A model generated the notes under the pieces. The model saw nothing but the letters and a program-made list of their open reading frames with translations, had not been told where the DNA came from and did no database searches. Of a stretch of 64,000 nucleotides of DNA, positions 39,051 through 53,575 are shown piece by piece. A program made the translations under genes and the position numbers. The first letter of the stretch is position 1; each line of letters starts with the position of its first letter. Source of the stretch: Eledone cirrhosa (Eukaryota); contig OZ024740.1 in assembly GCA_964016885.1 (NCBI GenBank), positions 90,458,001-90,522,000 on the forward strand. The letters run 5' to 3'.

Positions 39051-41298
39051 AATATCTACATAGTCTCGACGTCCTCAGTTTGCTCAGTGTGTTCTCTGGA
39101 TTTGGATTAATATCTGCTTACATACGGGTCGCTGGTGGCGGATAGCAAAACGGACACCATATATACGTTTAGTTGCGATAGAAGCTGACAACTGTCGGAC
39201 GAATAAGCAACCCGGGAACAACAGCGGTAAGCTACTAGTAAAGTTGGTGGAACGCGTGACATCAGTAGCTCTCAAGAAAATTCTCACAGCTGACACAGCT
39301 ATGATAATGCGAATAAAGGCCACTACTAAAAAAGCCTAATCTTCGCGGGTTTGAAAAAGTAACACATTGGTGAGTGCCGCGTATAAGACCCCCGAAACTC
39401 CAACTGCAATATGGCGAGAGTAACAAAAAACAAACAAACAAACAAAAAATATTCCACTTTCGTGCTTCGCGCGGGTTACAAGGGACGCGTTGAGGCCTTT
39501 CTTAGAGGTGCCTATTTGCAAAATATGTTGCACTCTCTACTCCATGCTGGTAAAACTGCTGATGAGACTACGACCTGTCTTGTAAGGCGTTGGATTGTCG
39601 CATAAATATTACGTATCCCGAGACAACCATAAATTGTCCTGAAGGGAGCAGGCATTGCCAATTGGAATCTAGAACATCACAACACTTTTAAGAAAGAAGG
39701 AGGAACTAGTGGAGGTCGTTTGGTGCTACCAGCTAAATAGAGTTGGGGTTTCGTCAACAAAGTTACTTGGCTCTGATACTGTAAATTTGGATGGAGTATA
39801 GAAACTCCACTATTCAGGTGTGATGACAAATGACTGCATAGGTTGATTGACGATACTGACACGGCCTCGTTTATCAGAATGTGTTATAAACTGGATTCCT
39901 TTAGGAGGGAGCATTTGCCTCGTGAAGCTTAGGGTTAAAGATATGTCTCTGTGGGTGGAGCAAGTTTATGCAGCAGTATTAGCACTTTATTCAATTGAAA
40001 AGTTACATTTCTAGTAATCTTGCTAACCTTCCAATTTCTTTGCGAAATATATTATCCTTTGTCATCAATCATTTTGTCATTGGAATTACTATTTTCCCAT
40101 ATTATTTTAACGACAATATTTAGCGAAGTAGGCTTTCCATAAGTAATGATCTGTTATATGTTCTGAATTATATTGGATAATTCCTTTAGGTATTTCATAT
40201 TCCACCTTGCATAAGTTTCAGGTTATCGTCTCGTATGTCGTGGTATGCAATCAATACTGAATGGAATGATAAGGGCACCCTTCGTACATGCAGTGTATTA
40301 GTATTTTGTAGTTATCACAGTCGCGTGCTGATTCTTGTGTCGCCATTTAATATTTGCCTCCTCCTCGCACATAATTATTCTTTTCCGTTCTTTTATTATT
40401 CAGTCACCTTTTCGTTCCCATGCAAACTCCCTTATATAACCACCATTTCAAGTCCACCGAATCACGTTCTATGCGGATATATACAGCGTGACTCATAATT
40501 AATTGCGACGTCCAACATTTAATTCCAAATGATTTTATTTACTAAATGCCATTACGAAATTATGAATACATTATACAAAAATAGTTACAAATATATAATT
40601 AAAGTAGGTGTGTGAGAAGCTGTGTGATAATCAGAACATTTTCTGTTTTGAAATATAACTCAAAGATATGCATCATTGGAGGTTACCGGTTCACATAAAA
40701 GTTAAAATATAACTTATAATAATCTGCGTTTTCGTAGTGCAAGGGAAAAGTTGTTTCATTTGATGTAAGTATTGAGCGAGTGAGTTTGCGTAAATGACAT
40801 TTTATTCAAGAATTTGTGCGGTCAATTACAATGTGACATAATATAATCTATTCAGAAAAATAATATAATGTTGGGTAGAGTTTTAACTTAACATAATCTA
40901 TTATGTCTATATTTGAAAGCGATTATTTTTTGAGAAATCCTAGGTTTGAAGATATATTTCATTTATTGATTATGAGGCATTCTGTATTTTCACTGATAAG
41001 AAAAACATACTCATAAGATGCGTTGATATGTGGTCTGACGCTTACAGGCTTCTCAATTATATAATTTGCGGAATATTTCAGTTGTCAGAGTCATGTGTGG
41101 ACACGGAGCTGACTTCACCTGAGAGCGTATGGATGAGTTTATATATCAGAAAAACCTTTCTTTTAAACGTGAAATAAAGAATGAAATCAATTCTTCAATT
41201 AAACCTGGATTAGATCCATAAGGCTCATACACATATTTCAAAATGGTCATATAGTGGACTGCGAATGTATTGCGATAACGGATTTCACGTGAAGTTGT

Positions 41299-41378
<80 letters not shown>

Positions 41379-41511
41379 TACACACACACACACACACATA
41401 CACTAACACACGCACACACCCACACACACTTGCACACACACACACACACACATACACACATATATACATATATACATATATATATATGTGTATGTATGTA
41501 TATATATATAA

Positions 41512-41592
<81 letters not shown>

Positions 41593-41627
41593 TTATAAGA
41601 ATCAAAGAACTGTTCAAAACATGTTTA

Positions 41628-41674
41628 TGCTTACAACTGTTTCCTCCAAACCGAGGTTTGAATTCTTCGGAGCA
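41628..41674 (-). ncRNA. hammerhead ribozyme, CCGAAGA core
   Basis: tgct-CCGAAGA-aTTCAAACC tc GGTTTGGAg-GAAA-C agtt GTA-agca. Confidence 0.65.
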
Positions 41675-44600
41675 ATTCATTATTGAATGAACACTTATAT
41701 GACCTCCTTTTCACCCAAGAGACATGCAGATACATATGCAAATATCGTGGGTCAACATTCATTATAGCATTTAGTGTGGCAGTACACATTTAGAGATTAC
41801 ATTCATATTAAAAGATACAATCAAAAATACAATAAAAAATACAGGTTAAAATACATGAAATTAAGCGGTTATAAAGTGCAAAGGTTATATGTGTCGAAAG
41901 CACGTGCGTCTTGTTTATGTAGTGTGGCAGAGAGTTACGTGTAATAGAAGCACTTAAGCAGGTAATTGAGAGTGTTAAGGTGGTTGATCTGGTGATGAAT
42001 GTCTGATGTTCTTTAGCTCAATACAGGAAGGTGTTACGTTGCGAGACTCGACATCGAAATACTACCCGGAAGTGTGTGTGTGGCAAAGGGGAGTTAATGC
42101 ATGAGGGTAGGTAACTCAGTGGTTTCTATTACTAACTATTAAACTGTGTCTCAAAATAGATCCTAACTTCTATGTTTATGCGTAGTTACTACAACATTTC
42201 TAAAAATTTAAAGTGTTTTAACTATAGAGTAGTCTATTAAGTTGTGCTGAAGGTGTTCTTATTATGGTGCTTAATCCCTATCGTAGAGTGCCACAAATGA
42301 ATATTATACACGACGAGCGAGAATTCTAAATTAACGATCTCTGTGATTGCAGTCTACTCAAAGAACCAGGCAAGGTGATTGCAAAATCGCTTCAACACAC
42401 AATGATCCCTGGTAAGTTCCGGGTCAGTGCTTGCTACATTGGATGCCGAAAGATAATCATCACCAGGGCTGACCAGAGGTCAATCCACACTCCTCATGAC
42501 TCCAATCTGACCATCAAATCATACATATATGTACAACCCATACGCCACCTGCAATACATTCATTCACTGCACTCAACATACCGGTCGTACAGCTAATCAG
42601 CATTATTAGATTAATTAGGGTTTCATTTGTCCAACGATGGCACTTCTTCCGCATAGCACCAACAATACAATCAATTCAATGCTTAAATTAACTATAAAGT
42701 GGTGTAGTGCAATTCAAGCAAGTTGATGTTGTCACACCTAAAGTAGAAGTACAAAGGGGTATTCCCCCTGTGAAGGGTTCTAGAGGGATGTCGCGATTTG
42801 TGTTATATTAGATCAATGAGTGTTGAGGATGTGGTATAAGGTGTGCCCCTGGTGTTTGATGCTAGAGGTGGTGTTTGGTTCAAGTCCGACATTGCTATAT
42901 ATTGGGCTTAACGTTTTGGAAGGAATGTCTGAAGCGGTGCTGGCAAGTTGCAAACACTTCAGATTTTTTGTTAAGTAGGTTACGGTTAGAGAAGATAATA
43001 GTGTGGGTCTCTAGTATATAGAGGTTACAACATTTATTAGGTGGTTTGTACGAAGTCGCGCTACCTATCACTTCCCATTTGAGTGTGTAAGGTTTATTTT
43101 TAGTTTTTAGATAGTGTATGTAGCTAGATATTGAGGTGGAGTTGGCTAGACTGTGCTTTTTGAACGAGTGGATGTGCGAATTATATCTGATTTTGAAGCA
43201 GTTAGAAGTGGAACCTACATAGGTTTCTGAAGAGTTGCTAGTTGTGACGGTGCATGAGTATATGATATCCTTGGTTAGGCATTGTTTTATCTAAAGGGTA
43301 GGTTCTATTAGCTCTACAGTTACAATTATCCTGGGTGTTAGTCTGCTGGTTATAATGCAGTGCAGAAGTCCGGGTGGTAGCTATAGGATATTGGACATTC
43401 GGGTTGTCGACCCCGGTATTATTTCTTATACTAGTGCTATTTCTATTATTACTTCCAACAAACGAAATCACAACAGGAGGTAAACCTTCTAAATACCTCT
43501 GTAGCAAGCAACCATAATAACGGCAGTAATAATAGAAATAACACTAGTATAAGAAATAACACCGAGGTCGACAACCCGAATGTCCAAAATCCTATAGCTA
43601 CCACCCGGATATCTGCACTGCATTATAACCAGCAGACTAACACCCAGGATAATTGTAACTGTAAAGCTAATAGAACCTGCCCTTTAGATAAAAAATGCCT
43701 AACCAAGGTTATCATATACTCATGCACCGTCACAACTAGCAACTCTTCAGAAACCTATGTAGGCTCGACTTCTAACTGCTTCAAAAGCAGATATAATTCG
43801 CACATCCACTCGTTCAAAAAGCACAGTCTAGCCAACTCCACATCACTCTCTAGCTACATACACTATCTAAAAACTAAAAATAAACCTTACACGCTCAAAT
43901 GGGAAGTGATAGGTAGCGCGACTTCGTACAAACCACCTAATCAATTTTGTAACCTCTGTATTAGCTTCTCTAACTGAATTGTTTGCAACTTGCCAGCACC
44001 GCTTCAGACATTCCTTCCAAAACTTTAAGCCCAATATATAGCAATGTCGGACTTGAACCAAACACCACCTCTAGCATCAAACACCAGGCCACACCTTATA
44101 CCACATCCCCAACACTCATTGATCTAATATAACACAAATCGCGACATCCCTCTAGAACCCTTCACAGGGGGAATACCCCTTTGTACTTCTACTTTAGGTG
44201 TGACAACATCCACTTGCTTGAATTGCACTACACCACTTTATAGTTAATTTAAGCATTGAATTGATTGTATTGTTGGTGCTATGCGGAGGAAGTGCCATCG
44301 TTGGACAAATGAAACACTAATTAATCTAGTAATGCTGATGAGCTGTACGACCGGTATGCTGAGTGCAGTGAATGAATGTATTGCAGGTGGCGTATGGGTT
44401 GTACATATATGTATGATTTGATGGTCAGATTGGAGTCATGAGGAGTGTGGATTGACCTCTGGTCGGCCCTGGTGATGATTATCTTTCGACATCCAATGTA
44501 GCAAGCACTGACCCGGAACCTACCAGGAATCTTTGTGTGTTGAAGTGATTCTGCAATCACCTTGCCTGGTTCTTTGAGTAGACTGCAATCACAGAGATCA

Positions 44601-45498
44601 TTAATTTAGAATTATCGCTCGTTGTGTATAATATTCATTTGTGGCACTCTACGCCAGGGATTAAGCACCATAATAAGAATACCTTCAGCACAACTTAATA
44701 GACTACTCTATAGTTAAAACACTTTAAACTTTTAGAGATTTTGTAGAAACTACACATAACCATATAAGTTAGGGTCTATTTTGAGACACAATTTAATAGT
44801 TAGTAATAGAAACAACTGAGTTACCTACCCTCATGCATTAACTCACCTTAGCCACACACACACTTCCGGGTAGTATTTCGATGTCGATTCTCGCAACGTA
44901 ACACCCTTCTGTATTGAGCTAAAGAACATCAGACTACGATTCTCTAACTGGATTGTCAAACGCCCAATATCGAACCGTCGTGGATTATGTGAGGGGCATA
45001 TAATCTGAAAAATACGCTCCCCAGACTATGAGTATGTCGCAGTGCATGAAATCCATATCATCGCTTCGCTACGCATTTCCAATATTTTTAATGCTTACAC
45101 TATTTTTAATACTTATATTATTTCTCCACACACAGGCTATAACAATCATATAACGAATTCCTCACCAGATCAACCACCTTAACACTCTCGATTACCTGCT
45201 TAAGTGCTTCTATTACACGTAACTCTCTGCCACACTATATAAACAAGGCGCACGTGCTTTCCACACATATAACCTTTGCACTCTATAACCGCTTAATTTC
45301 ATGTTGTATTTTAACCTGTATTTTTGATTGTATTTTTGATTGTATTATTGATTGTATCTTTTAATATGAATGTAATCTCTAAATGTGTACTGTCACAATA
45401 AATGCTATAATGAATTTTGACCCACAATATTTGCATATGTATCTGTATGTCTCTTAGGATGAAAAGGAGGTCATATAAGTGTTCATTCAATAATGAAT

Positions 45499-45545
45499 TG
45501 CTCCGAAGAAATCAAACCTCGGTTTGGAGGAAACAGTTGTAAGCA
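45499..45545 (+). ncRNA. hammerhead ribozyme, CCGAAGA core
   Basis: Mirror copy of 41628-41674. Confidence 0.65.
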
Positions 45546-45767
45546 TAAAAATGTTTTGAACAGTTCTTTGATTCTTACAATTCATATAACTGCTCTGTAA
45601 ATCATCTGATGTTATTACATTGAGCTATTTAACTTACTGGTAATAAGGTAGTAATATATTACTGCCTACCACTATTTAGGGTTTATAAACATATATATAA
45701 CTGCAATAGGTTTTTGTATTTGCATAACCATAAATAGTATAATTAATACTATATATATATATATATA

Positions 45768-47230
<1,463 letters not shown>

Positions 47231-47833
47231 TATATATATATGTATATATATATAAACAATTAAGTTAAAAATGTACATCCACATATGTATACTGAAATAC
47301 TAGTATGCATATGAATACACACACGTATACATATGTAGATGTACCGAGTTTTTCACTGGTCACTTTACTGTGAGTGTCCAGCTATTCTGTATGTAAACAC
47401 ACAGACAAACCGGTTTTTAGAGTCATACTGGTTTTTGAGGAAACACCTTTCCTCAAAAACCAGTATGACTCTAAAAACCGGTTTGTCTGTGTGTTTACAT
47501 ACAGAATAGCTGGACACTCACAGTAAAGTGACCAGTGAAAAACTCGGTACATCTACATATGTATACGTGTGTGTATTCATATGCATACTAGTATTTCAGT
47601 ATACATATGTGGATGTACATTTTTAACTTAATTGTTTAAGCGTCAGTCATACAAAAGTGAGTTACAAACGAAACGAAATTTAATTTCGTTTCGTTATTTG
47701 TTTTTATCGTCTCCGTTGAACCGGTACGCACTCACGCTCTATGCAAATTAGTCTGCCCACTACTAATTTTCATAGAAAAAGCATATAACGATATGTGCTT
47801 TTACGATTCTCTAGAGAGGCCGGAAGATAGGTA

Positions 47834-47878
47834 AATATTGCTGATGAGATGTAACAACATCGAAACTAGTTCAATATT
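47834..47878 (+). ncRNA. minimal type-I hammerhead ribozyme, unit 1
   Basis: aatattg-CTGATGA-GATGT aaca ACATC-GAAA-C ta GTT-caatatt. Confidence 0.88.
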
Positions 47879-48300
47879 CCTTGTCTGGCTTTCTGGGGAA
47901 TAGAGGAAAGGTGTTTCCTAAAAAAACCAGTATGACTCTAAAAACCGGTTTGTCTGTGTGTTTACATACAGAATAGCTGGACACTCACAGTAAAGTGACC
48001 AGTGAAAAACTCGGTACATCTACATATGTATACGTGTGTGTATTCATATGCATACTAGTATTTCAGTATACATATGTGGATGTACATTTTTAACTTAATT
48101 GTTTAAGCGTCAGTCATACAAAAGTGAGTTACAAACGAAACGAAATTTAATTTCGTTTCGTTATTTGTTTTTATCGTCTCCGTTGAACCGGTACGCACTC
48201 ACGCTCTATGCAAATTAGTCTGCCCACTACTAATTTTCATAGAAAAAGCATATAACGATATGTGCTTTTACGATTCTCTAGAGAGGCCGGAAGATAGGTA

Positions 48301-48345
48301 AATATTGCTGATGAGATGTAACAACATCGAAACTAGTTCAATATT
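48301..48345 (+). ncRNA. minimal type-I hammerhead ribozyme, unit 2
   Basis: Identical to 47834-47878. Confidence 0.88.
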
Positions 48346-48767
48346 CCTTGTCTGGCTTTCTGGGGAATAGAGGAAAGGTGTTTCCTAAAAAAACCAGTAT
48401 GACTCTAAAAACCGGTTTGTCTGTGTGTTTACATACAGAATAGCTGGACACTCACAGTAAAGTGACCAGTGAAAAACTCGGTACATCTACATATGTATAC
48501 GTGTGTGTATTCATATGCATACTAGTATTTCAGTATACATATGTGGATGTACATTTTTAACTTAATTGTTTAAGCGTCAGTCATACAAAAGTGAGTTACA
48601 AACGAAACGAAATTTAATTTCGTTTCGTTATTTGTTTTTATCGTCTCCGTTGAACCGGTACGTACTCACGCTCTATGCAAATTAGTCTGCCCACTACTAA
48701 TTTTCATAGAAAAAGCATATAACGATATGTGCTTTTACGATTCTCTAGAGAGGCCGGAAGATAGGTA

Positions 48768-48812
48768 AATATTGCTGATGAGATGTAACAACATCGAAAC
48801 TAGTTCAATATT
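48768..48812 (+). ncRNA. minimal type-I hammerhead ribozyme, unit 3
   Basis: Identical to 47834-47878. Confidence 0.88.
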
Positions 48813-49233
48813 CCTTGTCTGGCTTTCTGGAGAATAGTGGAAAGGTGTTTCCTCAAAAACAAGTATGACTCTAAAAACCGGTTTGTCTGTGTGTTTACAT
48901 ACAGAATAGCTGGACACTCACAGTAAAGTGACCAGTGAAAAACTCGGTACATCTACATATGTATACGTGTGTGTATTCATATGCATACTAGTATTTCAGT
49001 ATACATATGTGGATGTACATTTTTAACTTAATTGTTTAAGCGTCAGTCATACAAAAGTGAGTTACAAACGAAACGAAATTTAATTTCGTTTCGTTATTTG
49101 TTTTTATCGTCTCCGTTGAACCGGTACGCACTCACGCTCTATGCAAATTAGTCTGCCCACTACTAATTTTCATAGAAAAAGCATATAACGATATGTGCTT
49201 TTACGATTCTCTAGAGAGGCCGGAAGATAGGTA

Positions 49234-49278
49234 AATATTGCTGATGAGATGTAACAACATCGAAACTAGTTCAATATT
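49234..49278 (+). ncRNA. minimal type-I hammerhead ribozyme, unit 4
   Basis: Identical to 47834-47878. Confidence 0.88.
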
Positions 49279-49698
49279 CCTTGTCTGGCTTTCTGGGGAA
49301 TAGAGGAAAGGTGTTTCCTAAAAAACCAGTATGACTCTAAAAACGGTTTGTCTGTGTGTTTACATACAGAATAGCTGGACACTCACAGTAAAGTGACCAG
49401 TGAAAAACTCGGTACATCTACATATGTATACGTGTGTGTATTCATATGCATACTAGTATTTCAGTATACATATGTGGATGTACATTTTTAACTTAATTGT
49501 TTAAGCGTCAGTCATACAAAAGTGAGTTACAAACGAAACGAAATTTAATTTCGTTTCGTTATTTGTTTTTATCGTCTCCGTTGAACCGGTACGTACTCAC
49601 GCTCTATGCAAATTAGTCTGCCCACTACTAATTTTCATAGAAAAAGCATATAACGATATGTGCTTTTACGATTCTCTAGAGAGGCCGGAAGATAGGTA

Positions 49699-49743
49699 AA
49701 TATTGCTGATGAGATGTAACAACATCGAAACTAGTTCAATATT
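49699..49743 (+). ncRNA. minimal type-I hammerhead ribozyme, unit 5
   Basis: Identical to 47834-47878. Confidence 0.88.
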
Positions 49744-50031
49744 CCTTGTCTGGCTTTCTGGAGAATAGTGGAAAGGTGTTTCCTCAAAAACAAGTATGAC
49801 TCTAAAAACCGGTTTGTCTGTGTGTTTACATACAGAATAGCTGGACACTCACAGTAAAGTGACCAGTGAAAAACTCGGTACATCTACATATGTATACGTG
49901 TGTGTATTCATATGCATACTAGTATTTCAGTATACATATGTGGATGTACATTTTTAACTTAATTGTTTAAGCGTCAGTCATACAAAAGTGAGTTACAAAC
50001 GAAACGAAATTTAATTTCGTTTCGTTATTTG

Positions 50032-50067
<36 letters not shown>

Positions 50068-50072
<5 letters not shown>

Positions 50073-50427
50073 AAAAAGAGATGAAATCGAAAATGCAACT
50101 GAAGTCTTATTTTTTTCAAAAATATATATATATATTTGGTTCCTTTACCGGTTTCGCAGTTCTTCGGCTTTTCAAAAGGTGAGTTGAGATGGAGGGTCTG
50201 TGGTTTTTCTCACATCTGGGATGTGAGAAAAACCACAGACCCTCCATCTCAACTCACCTTTTGAAAAGCCGAAGAACTGCGAAACCGGTAAAGGAACCAA
50301 ATATATATATATATTTAAAAAAAAAAATAAGACTTCAGTTGCATTTTCGATTTCATCTCTTTTTCTTTATACTTTCACTCGTGTAGGACACCTCGGTTAT
50401 TTTTCATTTTGTAAAAAAAAACTTCAC

Positions 50428-50435
<8 letters not shown>
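50068..50435. repeat. fold-back of a PLE pseudo-LTR end with two UUGAAAA-core hammerheads (50142-50179 minus, 50257-50294 plus)
   Basis: Arms are centred at about 50217-50221. HHR reads cctt-TTGAAAA-GC..GC-GAAA-C cg GTA-aagg. Same family as 53440-53663 and 62418-62567. Confidence 0.8.
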
Positions 50436-50486
<51 letters not shown>

Positions 50487-50490
<4 letters not shown>

Positions 50491-51537
50491 GATAATGTAA
50501 TATATCTACTAACATAAGCGCACAGATGTACGCTAATGCCAGCAAATACACAGATTATGTCATAGTACCTAGGTGGTTCAATGCAGGAGGATGCAGAACA
50601 ATAATATAAAAGACGTAAAATAAGAAAATTTAAAAAAAAAATTTTTTAAAGAATTAACTTACTTACTTAAATTTTCACTCCAACTAATTAGTTTCTGCAA
50701 TGGGATAAAGACAGTTACGTAATGAACTGTTGAGAATTTCATTGCGTCATCAGGGAGGTCTATTCTCAGCCAAGTCTCCAGGCAATGCGCGGACACTGGG
50801 GACTCATATAAAAATAATAATAATTCGGTAAATGGAACAGCTATCGAGGACTGGATTCCAGGTACTGAAAATTCTCACTGCTACTGGTCATATGGCCGAT
50901 TCAATAGAATCAATCACGTGACACAGAGGCTAGTCAGTAGGAATGGGATGCTAAGATGACAGACGCCTAATAACACCCCCCCAAAAAAAATTTAGAAGTG
51001 GTTTTGGCAGGTTTGCTCGACAAATCAGTGATAACCTGTGTATTTGCTGGCATTAGCGTACATCTGTGCGCTTATGTTAGTAGATATATTAAATTATCTA
51101 TATTTATCTCCAAATCACTGATTTGTCGAACAAACCTGCCAAAACCACTTCTAAATTTTTTTTGGGGGGGTGTTAGTAGGCGTCTGTCATCTTACCATCC
51201 CATTCCTACTGACTAGCCTCTGTGTCACGTGATTGATTCTTTAGAATCGGCCATATGACCAGTAGCAGTGAGAATTTTCAGTACCTGGAATCCAGTCCTC
51301 CATAGCTGTTCCATTTACCGAATTATTATTATTTTTATATGAGTCCCCAGTGTCCGCGCATTGCCTGGAGACTTGGCTGAGAATAGACCTCCCTGATGAC
51401 GCAATGAAATTCTCAACAGCTAATTACGTAACTGTCTTTATCCCATTGCAGAAACTAATTAGTTGGAGTGAACATTTAAGTAAGTAACTTAATTCTTTAA
51501 AAACATTTTTTTTTAAATTTTCTTATTTTACGTCTTT

Positions 51538-51540
<3 letters not shown>
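50487..51540. mobile_element. inverted pair of retrozyme-like family 2 units, with HHRs at 50676-50758 (minus) and 51388-51470 (plus)
   Basis: Minus arm about 50487-51032 and plus arm about 51036-51540. Homologous to 23650-24170 and flanked by (TA)n. Confidence 0.8.
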
Positions 51541-51582
<42 letters not shown>

Positions 51583-51583
51583 G

Positions 51584-51634
51584 AGATTCTACAGGACTAG
51601 AACTGTTTCATTCTTGAGAAATCATCAGGAATCT
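51584..51634 (-). ncRNA. type-I hammerhead ribozyme
   Basis: agattc-CTGATGA-tTTC tcaa GAAt-GAAA-CAG ttctagtc CTG-TA-gaatct. Confidence 0.78.
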
Positions 51635-52096
51635 GACTGTCTCAATAAATGTGGTGGTATTTATATATTTTCTTTTGGTAGGAGAGGGTGGGGGTGTGAT
51701 GGGTGGAGGTCATTGGTTGAAAGAAAAGGGAATTCATTAAAAGCTAATTCTTTAAAGATATAATTTATATTTAGAGTGACAAAGGCAGAAATAATTCTAT
51801 AAACAAGTTCAAATTGGGGGCCCTCCTTAATTTTAAGTGTCTCTTAAGCCAACAATGCCTATATTTCATGTGTCTATAAGATGATTGGCGGTCAGTCATG
51901 GTTGATGACTTTAAAGAAAAGGCAAATTCTTTAAAATCTAATTCTTTAAATCTCTACTTAGAGTGACAAAGGTAGAAAGAATTCTATAAACAAGTTCAAA
52001 TATTGGGTGCCAGTCCTTATTGTCATGTTTCTCTTAAGCTAGATTTCAGGTGTCTATAGACACATTCATAGACACATACACAAACACACACACATT

Positions 52097-52146
<50 letters not shown>

Positions 52147-52208
52147 CCCAATTACAAACATATACAAACACATATACACATATACAAATATATACATATA
52201 TACATACA

Positions 52209-52254
<46 letters not shown>

Positions 52255-52379
52255 CACACACACAAATGTACACACACGCACACACACACATATATATTTT
52301 TATATATATATATAGTTTTAATATAGATGAGATTCTACAGGACAAGAACTGTTTCATTATTTAGAAATCATCAGATTCC

Positions 52380-52430
52380 AGATTTCTGATGATTTCTAAA
52401 GAATGAAACAGTTCTGGTCCTGTAGAATCT
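52380..52430 (+). ncRNA. type-I hammerhead ribozyme within a fold-back (52313-52447)
   Basis: agattt-CTGATGA-tTTC taaa GAAt-GAAA-CAG ttctggtc CTG-TA-gaatct. Confidence 0.72.
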
Positions 52431-52639
52431 CATCTATATTAAAACTTTCATAATCTGGTATCTATTGAATACCTTACTTACTGTGGTTACCTCCGATTCA
52501 ACCCGGAATAACTTACCTATATATATATAAATATATATATATATAGGAACCAGTAGGACCCACTCTACTACCCTAAGTATTGAGTACTTTGGTGCGTTAT
52601 GGTCCAACTGGTTCCTTACCACATTTTCTTCGTTATATA

Positions 52640-52704
<65 letters not shown>

Positions 52705-52890
52705 AAAAAGAGATGAAATCGAAAATGTAACTGGAGTCTTATTTTTTGTTTAAATATATATATGAATAAATATATATATTTAAGAAAAAAATAAGACTCC
52801 AGTTGCATTTTCGATTTCATCTCTTTTTCTTTATACTTTCACTCGTGTAGGACACGTAGGTTATTTTTCATTTTGTAAAAAAAACCTCAC

Positions 52891-52934
<44 letters not shown>

Positions 52935-53382
52935 GAAAGTATAGAAATTGTTGTGAGCGTGAAGCCAACAATATTTCATAATATATAAGTGACAATAATG
53001 TCAATATGGAAAAATAGTTAACGTAAGATGTGGGAAAATAATTCAAACTCAATTTAAAAAAATCAAGACATAGATTTATCCATAGAATTTTGTGAAATCC
53101 AGGGAAATGTCAATAGAGCCTTAACCCAGAGTAAAATAAAGTTCAAATACTCATCCTTCAATTTGTAAGAACTACAAATCCTCTGTATAGTCTTAAAAAG
53201 CCTATATTATATATACATATATATACACATATACACACATACGTATACACACACACAGACATACATACATATACACATAGATACGTACACAGATAAAAGT
53301 CAACATACATACACATATACTTACATGTTCACACTCACGCTCACACACAAATAAATGTGTATAGACATATATACAAACACAT

Positions 53383-53439
<57 letters not shown>

Positions 53440-53575
53440 AGAAAGTGAAGGCCTTTTTACAAAATGAAAAATAACCGAGGTGTCCTACACGAGTGAAAGT
53501 ATAAAGAAAAAGAGATGAAATCGAAAATGCAACTGGAGTCTTATATTAAAAAGAAATGTATATATTTATTTGGTT

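Larger units (their letters stand above)
41586..45588. mobile_element. 4-kb inverted duplication of a PLE 3' part (GIY-YIG plus pseudo-LTR)
   Basis: 41586-43453 is the reverse complement of 43525-45588. The right arm encodes CNCKANRTCPLDKKCL..IIY..YVGST..FCNLC (about 43651-43960). HHRs lie near both outer ends. Confidence 0.9.
47253..50038 (+). mobile_element. candidate retrozyme: about 5.6 tandem 465-467-bp HHR units plus a 191-bp 5' inversion, inserted in (TA)n
   Basis: Near-identical units span 47448-50038, with an HHR in each full unit. 47253-47443 is the reverse complement of 47448-47638. No credible ORF. Confidence 0.88.

Noticed and set aside
47448-50038. CRISPR-like array, or repeated 60-aa ORF (48735, 49666)
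   Set aside because: There are no unique spacers, the whole unit repeats, and the ORF is antisense to the HHR and intact only in type-B units.
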